Origin: a virus
Lineage: Duplodnaviria > Caudoviricetes
Virus record (IMG/VR): IMGVR_UViG_3300012953_000187
Span: 1 to 26,694 of that record
Reading direction: 5' to 3' (one strand)
DNA: 26,694 nucleotides
The translations under genes and the position numbers were made by a program. Below are positions 8,999 to 19,600 of this stretch, piece by piece. Every line of letters starts with the position of its first letter. Positions within the stretch are counted from its first letter, which is position 1. Below the pieces are notes generated by a model. The model was not told the DNA's origin. It made no database searches and saw only the letters and a program-made list of their open reading frames with translations.

Positions 8999-10600
8999 TT
9001 AAAATTCCAGGATGATTTTGATGTCTTCTTTTTGTCTATCATCACGTGTGACTATCTTTCGATTATCAATGTAAATGACATCACCAGTTGTTTTATTTAT
9101 CTCAGGATCAGCAAGACCTTTTGTAAAGCTAACTCCTAAATTTATTTCTTTAGTTCCTACTGTTGTGGTAATACCAGTAAAATCTTGTATTTGCTCCTCA
9201 CCAGGACTTCCACCAGCAAAATTGAGAGCTTTAGTCCCTGTTTCAAATGGAATTACTTTAGCATCACTACTAACACCAACATAATCTGTTTGATCAGATG
9301 TAGTTTGGTTGTAATATAAAGATCTATCTTGATAATATTTCAAAACTCCAGTATCACTATCATAAGAAGCAACATATGCTTTTGCAACGTCACCATTTGT
9401 TTTAGTCTGAGTTATCTTAGTACCTATTATAATAGAAGCACTATCTGTAAAATTATCAGGATCAAATTTAATTGCACCTAAAGAAGAATATTCAGTTCCA
9501 GTATATGTTACTCCAATAGATGTTGATGTTGCTGGATTTTTAATAATCCCCACTTGAGCAAATTTTGCATCAGTTGGAAAATCTTTAGTAGAGTCATCAA
9601 ATCTAGCATAAACCAATACTCTATCAGCTCCCAATTCTTTATAAATGTCATAACCATGACCTCTAGAAGGAGGTATGATAACTATTAATCGTGCAGCATC
9701 CGCAGGAATAAAATCTGTTGGTTGAAAGGCTTTTAAATCAATCATTCCATACGTATATCCAGTTCCTCCAGCTGTTATGATTACTGAAGTAACAACTCCA
9801 TTGGAAGTAGTAACCGATGCTTTTCCTCCTGTTCCATCTCCTAATATATCAACTGTGACAGTTTGATTTATATAATCTTTACCACCATCTGCAATATAAA
9901 CAGTTTTAATTTGGTTAAAATTAACGCTAGAATCACCAGCTTCTCTAACTTTTTGAATTTGAGAATTAGTTGATGTTTCCCAATTATTAGGAACAACAAT
10001 ATATTCTGTAGAGTCAAATTTTATAATATCACTAGGAGAAATTGAAAATAGATATTTCCAAATATATCCATCATTACTAGATCCCGCCTCTGATGGTTCT
10101 AAATCAGTAAAGGTAGGTTCATCTTTAGAGTTACCTGGTTTATAATTATCAGTGCCATCTCCCTCATAACCAGAAGATCCATTATCTAAACACACATAAA
10201 CATTAAAATCACTATTAACTACATAATAATTTGCATCATACAATCTTCCAGTTTTTGAAACTGGAGCCATATTATTAATACTGTAATCCTGCCTATACAT
10301 ATCGTAAGGAGTATTAGATTTCCAATCAACCTTTCTTATAACTCTTCTAATATTAGTACTATTAACTTTTTTCCCAAAAAGAGAAGTACTTCTATACTGG
10401 GTCTCATATTGAAGATTATCTGTCGGTGCTGGAGGACTACTATTCCAAGTATCAGTTCTCCCAAAACCAACAATCGCTGGATCAATACCTGGATTGGAAA
10501 GACCTAGAAAAACATAATAAGAATTATTATCAGATAATACCGAATCTACAAAATTACCCGCATTAAATATTCGAAATTGATCTGTTACTATAGCAGACAT
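8999..10600 (-). CDS. gp8: Baseplate wedge subunit, T4 gp8 homologue, 533 aa
   Basis: Motifs MSAIVTDQFR, YYVVNSDFNVYVCLDN, DGYIWKYLFSI, and C-terminal GDVIYIDNR...R...QKEDIKIILEF. Syntenic after gp6 and gp7. Confidence 0.92.
   Translation of the reverse strand: MSAIVTDQFRIFNAGNFVDSVLSDNNSYYVFLGLSNPGIDPAIVGFGRTDTWNSSPPAPTDNLQYETQYRSTSLFGKKVNSTNIRRVIRKVDWKSNTPYDMYRQDYSINNMAPVSKTGRLYDANYYVVNSDFNVYVCLDNGSSGYEGDGTDNYKPGNSKDEPTFTDLEPSEAGSSNDGYIWKYLFSISPSDIIKFDSTEYIVVPNNWETSTNSQIQKVREAGDSSVNFNQIKTVYIADGGKDYINQTVTVDILGDGTGGKASVTTSNGVVTSVIITAGGTGYTYGMIDLKAFQPTDFIPADAARLIVIIPPSRGHGYDIYKELGADRVLVYARFDDSTKDFPTDAKFAQVGIIKNPATSTSIGVTYTGTEYSSLGAIKFDPDNFTDSASIIIGTKITQTKTNGDVAKAYVASYDSDTGVLKYYQDRSLYYNQTTSDQTDYVGVSSDAKVIPFETGTKALNFAGGSPGEEQIQDFTGITTTVGTKEINLGVSFTKGLADPEINKTTGDVIYIDNRKIVTRDDRQKEDIKIILEF
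9094..9101 (-). promoter_or_regulatory. Candidate late promoter GATAAATA embedded in the gp8 3' end
   Basis: 101 nt upstream of the vrlC-like ATG (8992), overlapping codons E-I-N-K of gp8. Confidence 0.45.
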
Positions 10601-10617
10601 ATTAATAGTTTTTTAGA

Positions 10618-10625
10618 TATTTATA
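10618..10625 (-). promoter_or_regulatory. T4-type late promoter TATAAATA
   Basis: Perfect consensus in the 32-nt gp7-gp8 gap, 17 nt upstream of the gp8 ATG. Confidence 0.85.
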
Positions 10626-10632
10626 ATGTTTG

Positions 10633-13600
10633 TTAAGATGACTTAATAGCTCCACTATCTCTTATACCTTCATCTCTTCTTTGAAGAGTTGGGAAAGTGG
10701 TTAAACCTGAATTTACAGTGTAGTTACTAAGGGCAATTCCTATAGGATTTGTTGCTCTGGTAAGTGACCCACTCTTCTGAAATAATTTACCCCAAGAGAA
10801 TGCTCCTACAGGAGAATATTTTTCTCCACTAGTACTCAATCCACTAAGACCAGTTTCGGAAGCAATATTACATGTAATAATTCCCAAGGTACTAGTAACT
10901 GCAGGATCATAAACCAATCTGTAGATGTTATCTAAGAATGTTGTACCAATTCCAACTGCACCATTACCTGATTCGTATACTGAAGTTACTCCAGTTCCGA
11001 TTGAAGTATTAAAAATAGAAATTGGATAACCAGCTTTTAAAGTTTGATTAGTCCAATTAAGTGTAGACGAATCTAGATGGAATTTAAGTGCTAAAGCAGT
11101 TCCTATACCAGCAGTAGTACCAATACCAGTTATAATTCCAGTAAATCCTTGAACACTACTAATACCAGTAACAGTCTCTGTTTTATAAGTTGGAGATGGT
11201 GCTATAACTAATGGTGCATTAGTATTAGTATATCCAAATCCTGGATTAACAATCTCAGTTGCTGTAATAGTGCCATTAGATATTGTTGCTGTTGCTGTTG
11301 CTGTTGTTCCAAAACCCACTAGACCATTTGCTTGAATATAACTACCAATACCAACTGTAGGTATTCCAACGGAAACTGAAGTTGTTGATCCAACGTATCC
11401 AGAACCACCACTAACAATAGTTAGAGAACTAATAGTACCAGCAGTAGAAACATTTGCTGTTAAATCAGCAGCAATAGGTGTAGTGCTCTTATCAACAATA
11501 AGTGCAGAGGCATTTTCAAGGAATGGTGCATCGTAACCAAATAAATCCACATTATCCACAAAGATTTCACTAGTATCACTAGTTGAGAATCCACTAATAA
11601 CTTTTGCTGTTGGGAAAATTAATGCTTCTATACTTTCTCTAGTCTTGTAAATTATATTTCCATTAACTCTCTTATCTTTCTTCTGTCTAGTCCAATTTAA
11701 AGATTTCTCTTCTGTGGTAATTCCTGGACCACCATAGATATTAGTTTCTAGAGTATTTGAATTAAAGATTGATGATACTGTTCTTTCATTTTGATCAATA
11801 TTATTAGATATTCCCATTAATTGAACATCATCACCTGTTTCAATTTGTGGTTTTATGGTAGTAACTAACTCAGTATCACTTTGTGATGATCCCCTATAGA
11901 AATAGATTGAAACATCATCCTCAGCTGAAGGTGGTTCTGTAAATACAAATGATGTTCCTCCATTAAATTTGTATGCTACTCCTGGTTCTTGCACAACTCC
12001 ATTTATAATAATCAATAAACAATTTTCAAGATTGATAAAGTTATAACCACTTCCAGTATCAACTTCAAAACTTAGAAGATCTCCATCATACTTTAATTGG
12101 AATCTTCTTCTACCACCATCTTGTAGATCCTTAATATCATCCATATAATCAAGTTGTCCAAATTGCCAAGCAGAGAAAGCATCATGGAATGTATCCAATA
12201 CTTCAAATTCAGCAGTTCTTATAGGACTGGAAAGACCTAAACCAGTTACTAATCCAACTGGTGTGAATACATCACCACGCTTAAATCCATATCCATTTCT
12301 CGCAATCTCCCATTCAGTTACTCCAAATTGAGTAGTGATACCTAAAGTTGCTACTCCAACATCAATTGGTGCTACATTACAGTTAAGAAGTAAACCAGTG
12401 CCTGTATCAGTTGTATTACCAACACCTAATCTAGAAACGCCAGTAACTTCTAAGCCTGCGTAGGAGGGTTCAGGAATGTTTAATTGTGGATTAGCATAAT
12501 TCGTACCTGGACCAGTAATTGTAAAGGCCAAAGTACCTCCAGCACCGACTGCGGTAGTAACTATGGCACCAGAACCAACACTAGATCCCACATTAACAGT
12601 AATTGTATTTGTTGTTGTATTAGTAATTGCTGTTTGTATTCCAGAAACAGGATCAGTTGTTCTTGGATAAGAATGATAACTATTGTATTCATCCTTTGAG
12701 CATGTAAATACTAAAGAATTATCATCTATTTGAATTGTATTGGAAATAGTTAATCCATGTGAAGGAATTGTTAATACTAAAACACCAGTACCTCCATCAT
12801 AACTAGCGTTTGATACTGTATGAGTTGCAGTTGTATTATCAGTAATAGAACCAACACCAGCACTAACAAATCTATGAGTAAATGGATGATCAGTTACTCC
12901 AATAGAAACTGATCCCCTATATCCTGACCCAAAAGTAGCATTAGCATAATATGTTACAACACTACCACCACCAACATAAGTATGGGGTATAGTACTTGTT
13001 CCTACGTTTGTTGTAAATCTACGTAATCCATTATTTGAACTTCCAACATTAACAGTAAGAGTCTTTGCAGTTGCATTAGAAACAGTCAATCCAGTTCCAG
13101 AAGCAGGATCAGTTGATCTAGGATAACTATGTTGTGTGGCATATTCATCTCTACTACATGTAAATATTATTGAATTATTAGCAATTGTAATATTAGCACC
13201 ATTACTTATTCCATGAGCACTAGCGAATGTTAACACTAAATCTCCACTCAAAGAATCATAAGTTGCTGTAGTTGGTTGTAATGATCCATTAACAGCAGTA
13301 GAAGTAGCACTTACAAAGGTATGCTTATAAAGAGTAGGTGCAGTATTAAATATAGGATAAGATTTGTCAGTATTCCCTGCACCAATTGCAGCTTCAGGGA
13401 ATATAGTCGTTGTTACTCCAGCATGAGCAGTAGCACAAGTAAATTCCAAACCTACTAATTTAATTTGATCTACAATTCTAAGTTCAAAATTATTTGATTC
13501 GGTTGTAGCTATATCCAATCTACCAGTTATATGATTATAAGTTGCTGTACTAATTCCAAAAGCAGGTCCAGTCGTAGCAACACCAACAACACTTGTAATT

Positions 13601-16600
13601 GATCCACCAGCACCAACTTCCAGATAACCTATTGCACCATCAAGAGGGGCATATCCCAAACCTGGAGTTGAACCTAAAGAAACTATAACACCACCTCTTG
13701 GTAACTGATTTTGATTAATATCAGATGGATTGATAAATATCTCATTTTCAGTTACACTACTAATACCTGTGAATGTAATATTTGTAGATAATCCAGTTGG
13801 TTCTTTAATTATGAAATTGTTTGAAGGATTGTTTGGTGCAGTTGGTCTTTGATAAATTCCATTTATAATGACAAGTCCATTACCACCAGTAGTTCCCATA
13901 CCAACAATTCCAGATCCATCAACTTTCAAATCGAAAGTCTGACCTATACCAGTAAATTCATGGGAAATATCATCATATATTTGGTTAGTATCATAATTAT
14001 CTCTTAGGAATACCCTACCATTAAATTCTGATCTTGGGAATTCTAAATTACTCTCAGTTTTAGATATTTGAGGATTTCCTCTGGGAGAATCTATAAAATG
14101 TATATTGTTTCCAACAATATTATATGATCCCTTATATAACTGAGCAATTGAAGTATTTGAATGTGCTGTAACTCCTGTGCCTAGAATTCCTCTTTCCACA
14201 GTAACAATAGTAGTAGTTCCAATACCAGCAAGAACTGGACCGTAAACCTCAGTACCCACACCAACCTCAATAACCTTAACAAATTCATCACCAATCTTTA
14301 AAACATCTTCAAGAGAAATGGATGATATACCACTTAGAGAAAATGTAGTTGATGTGGTACCAATACCAGTACCACCTAAAACAGATTCAATATTATTCTG
14401 CAATGTATGTGATACAGGACTATATGATATTGGTGATTGAATTATATTATCAAGAGTAATAATATTTTTTGTATTAGCTAAACTCATAGAAAATTCATGA
14501 TCATTTCCTTCACCCACACCAACAAAGGTAACTGCAGTTCCTGCATTTGCCAAAGATTTTGTCGTCGCAATATAGAAATTATCAGCATCCTCTCTAATAG
14601 CAAAAACAGTTGAAGGTAATTCATCTACTCCCTGAGCACTCTCATACTGCATAGCAGTTGAACCAACACCAACAAATGTAGAACCTGGTTTGTAAACTAG
14701 AGGTTCACCAGTCCTAAAGAAATGGTCTGCAATACTGAATTTTCCAGTTGTAGGATTTAATATAGTAGAATCACTAGGATTAAAGTCTTTTGCAAATATT
14801 TTAAGACTATCTACTGTTAATGGGAAACTAGTTCTATTAACTCTTCTACCATCAATAGCATTATATGAGTGTCCCTCAAATGACTCGGTTATTTTTCCAT
14901 AAGTTAAATCTACAATATCAGGTAAGTTGTCAAAATCCATGCCTGAGTACATACCTAAAGTTAATGAAGATACCTCAATATTATCCGATGCAAACTCAAC
15001 ATTAGGATAAAATTTCATTACAAAATTAGAAGAAACGTATTCTCCCCCAAAAGTTCCAATTCCAAGTTTTGTATCAAGTACAGAAGTACTTCCAGCAGAA
15101 AGATAAGGGCCTTGCTGCAAATATACATCAGTAGTATTGTGATTCATCACAATTTGATGTAATGCTTTTGTTGATCCAACACTAACCTCAACTACAGACT
15201 TAACTGAATTAAAGAGAGAACTATTAAAACCTACTACATTTCTTGTCCCAGAAGTGTAACTGTAATCAGATTGATAAAGAGCAGATCTTTCTGATCCATC
15301 TGGTTGATTAGGTGCTTTAAATCTATATGTACCAATTCCAACACTAGTTGTACCAAATCCAACAATATTAGATTTAATTTCAATTTCATCAGTTAAACTA
15401 TTTTCAAAATCTAAAGAGAAAATATTACCAGTAATATTTCCACTAAAAGACCCTAACAATAAATCAGAATATCCATTCCTCTCACTATTATCAACATAAG
15501 CTTGAGACATATATGTATTTGTACCATCATGAGTGACATATATGTCAACATAATTCATTTCATTTGTTGTTCTATTAAGTAATTGATTACTTGTATAGAA
15601 AGAATTATAAGCAGTTGCAATCCCTGAAATAATAGAAGTAGTCGTTACTCCTGATGTCAGACTGGTAGTAGCAATACCAACCGATCCAACCTTATCAACA
15701 AATCCTATAGTATTAGTTCCTATACCAGTACCAACATTAAACTCTGTTTTAATTAATTTTAAATCATAGTCATAATCATATGGATTAGGTAAAGGAGTGA
15801 ATCTTACATACTTTAAACCATCTACTTCACCAATACTAAATTCCCCAATATAGTTACTATCATTAATATTTTGCTTATCTATTAAAGTTATATCACTTCC
15901 ACTATTCATTACAATCAATTCTGATGTTTGAATATCAGTACCATCTAAATTAGTAACTCTAATGAATAAATTTTGATATGGTGTATTAGATTGCAATTCT
16001 ACCATATCTAAAAATTCACTAGGTTCTCCATTCAAATTTGAGAATAGTTTATTAATATCATCAAGAACTAAAACTTCATTACTTTTTACTTTAAAGTAAT
16101 CACTAAGAGTCTTATTTTCAAATTCTATAAGTGTTGAGAACTTTCCATCTGCAGTTCCATCAGTTGCTTTATCATAATCGTAAATAGTATCTACACGATT
16201 ATATCCGAGTAAATCCTGAATAGTTTCAGTAAAGTCTGCACTACCAATTCCAATTCTCTTTCCAAGAGTAGCATCATATGGACCTACAGCTGTTGATGTT
16301 GATCTAATTCCAACATCTGCAAAATGTTTCAAACCACTAGTATGAAGCATTGCACTTATAGGACTTCTCAATTCATTAAATCCCTTAGTACTTTGAATAC
16401 TATAAGATAGATTTTGATAATAATCATTATCAGGTGTTACCTGACTATCTACACTTAACTTTCCTATTTCATTTGACCATCCAATATCCTTTTTAACCGA
16501 GAAATTGACAATATATTTTCCATCATACTCTGAAATTGAATCAACAGTTGCTAAAGTACCAGAATCTTTTCCTAGAATTCTATCACCCTTAACTAAGATA

Positions 16601-19600
16601 TCAGTTCCAGTAACTTTAATAAAATCACTTCCAGTTTTTGAAACATATAAATCCAGTACAATAGAATCTCTAATTAATATTTCACCATCAATAAACAAAT
16701 CAGGTTTTTGAGTAACTACAAAAGTAGGATATTTCTCCTCATGAATAATAGAAGCACTAGCACTTTGATTAGTCTTTGCAATTCCAGTATTAGTACTTAC
16801 ACCAGTAGCATCAATACTTACTCGGAAATTAACTCCATTATTTTCAGAAGGATTTTCTGGTAATGGAGCACCACCACTAACAACCTCAGAAACTACAGCA
16901 AATTCATATCCCCAATCAGAAGAATTAAATCCAGATCCAGCTGTACCAACCTTTTCAATACCTTCTGTATAAACTTTATCATTAACATTAAAGGGGTAGG
17001 TAGAAAATCCTGCTGAAGGAGTTGTTATCCAACACGTAAATATACCAGTTGCATTAGATTGCACACTTACAATACCAACACCATTATCATTATTAATTGA
17101 CACTAATCTTACAGGTTCATCAGGAAGTCCACTTGGAGAATCTATTATATTAACAGAACTGATAGCACTACCAGTTAACTCTGCTTCAAGGAATCCATTA
17201 TTAATTTCTTGCCCTGTAGTTGAATTAACAACTTTAATATTAGGTGCATTTATATAATCTACACCACCATTAGTAATTGTAATAACTCCTATAGTATTGG
17301 AATTGTTAATAACAACAAGAGGTGATATAAATGCTTCTGGTCGTAAAGTAGAATCTGATGAATATTCAAATCCTTCATTAATAATTCTTATTTCCTTAGC
17401 ATTACCAATTTCTGTTGAACTAGGAATAACATATGCACCTTCACCTAAAGTTGATGAAGATCCAACAAAACTAGGTAATCTCTTATATCCAGAACCTGCT
17501 GAAAGAATATTAACATTTTCAATTCCTCCTTTAGAAGTTAATGAAGTAGTAGTATATTTTAAAACGTTACATTGACTAGATTCATAAGAAAGTACTTCTG
17601 GATTATCTTCTAAGGTTATATTAAACGAAGAAGTGGCAACAGAAACAATATCATAACTTTTATTGTAATGACTATCAGTAAATACTATTTCTGAATAATT
17701 TGGAACCGTTGTATCAGATGTGCTAATAAATCCAGATTTTTGAATATTATAATATAATGTTCTTGGTAATGCAGTGCTATATCCAACAGTAAGATTAGAA
17801 TCAATTACACTAGCTCCAACACCTACAGTTCCAACCTCAGTTATATTGAATGTATCAGATTGAATAGATGTGAATTCATTTTTAAATTCTTTATCATAAT
17901 ATAACTTAAACTTATAATCAGATAACGAAGAGTGAGTTAAATCAAATACTAAACTATTTGTATTAACAACTTCAATTGTAGGATTAATTCTAGAGAATTT
18001 GTGTGTAGCAGTTGGATTATTTGTAAAATTAACATATACAGGAGGAACTCCAGTAGCATCAATATTAGTTTTACATAACTGGAATGTATTAACATCAATT
18101 ACATATGTAAAATAGGTTCCTTCCGATAAACCACTAGGATAAGTTCCACTAATAACTTCATAGTAAACTTTATCTCCAGTATCAAACCTATGATTTGTAA
18201 TAGTGAAGGAATCTGCTGTAGTACTAACTCCACTATTAGTGACTTGTACAGGATCAAGTAATAGATATCCTGTTGTTGTTTGTCTCTCTACCTTAACTGG
18301 AGTTGTTGTTCCTAAACCCACATTTAAGTCTGGTTCAATAGTTAAAACTACTTTATCTCCAACTTCTAAATCATGAGCCGTTGATAATGCAACAGTTGTA
18401 TTAAATTGATCTATTCTACCAGTTTCCTGAGTATAATTACTTGCAAAGAAATAATCATTAATATTAGTACCATTACCACGGAAAAATACATCATTAAAAT
18501 CCCCACTTGTGGTACCTATACCCGTTTTTATACCAATAGTATTATTTGTAGCGTTAGTAACATATACAGTAGATGGCATACTGAATGTTCCACCACCTGC
18601 AGTATCTGAAACTGGAATAGCACTTCCACCACCTGTAGAGAATGTTAGTTCTTGACTATTCTTAAATGGATGATCTTCCAAATAAATCCGTTTAGTTGGA
18701 ACATCTCTAGTAATTCCAATTCCAGCAAAAGTAAAAGTAATAGGTATAGAAATTCCTGGCGTAACTCCTACTCCAATAGTTTTATGAGGATTAAAATAGA
18801 ATCTCTCAGTTGGTTGAGAATCAAAATATTCAATAGATTTCTTAATAGTAAATGAATCAGGTACGAAGGTAATTGGAGATGATGCAACATGAGAAACTCC
18901 TCCAGAACCTCTTTGTACTCTTAAAACATTCTCATTTTTGAATATATTCAATAATCTTAAAGATTCTGCACCAATTCTTAAAGTACTACCTACAGAAACA
19001 TTTGTTGGAATATCCGAAACAAATATATCCGTAGACATTCCTATAGTTCCAGAATTTAAATTCTGACTTAAAACTGCAGTTAATGAACTAACACCAATAG
19101 TATAAGGTCCATTTAAAGGAGCTAAAGTGGTACTAAATCCCGAAACCACAACATTATCTTTATCTTCCCAATCATGACTGGGGAAAACAGTAACCTTTAC
19201 AGTACTTGCATCAACCCAACTGAATACCTTATTAGTATAAGATGATGTACCTGTGCTGACATTTAAAATATCAATACCTTTTAGTGATGAAACCTTTCCA
19301 CTTAACCCACCACCAAACGTATCATTATCATCAAATGTCAATGAATCACCAATTTCATAATTTTTTCCTGAATTTATAATATTTAATTTATCTACTGATC
19401 CAGATGTAACAGATTCTATCTTAACTTTTTGTCTTTCAATCTCATTAGTCTCAATTATAAAGTCATTATCAACGTTTTTGTCCGAAATTCTATATGGAAA
19501 AGTATTTCTTATCAGATTTGAATCCTTAAAATCAAATCCTTGAGTAAGATTTTGATTTACTGGAGTAGATCTATAAGAATTTCCAATAAAATAAGGGAAT

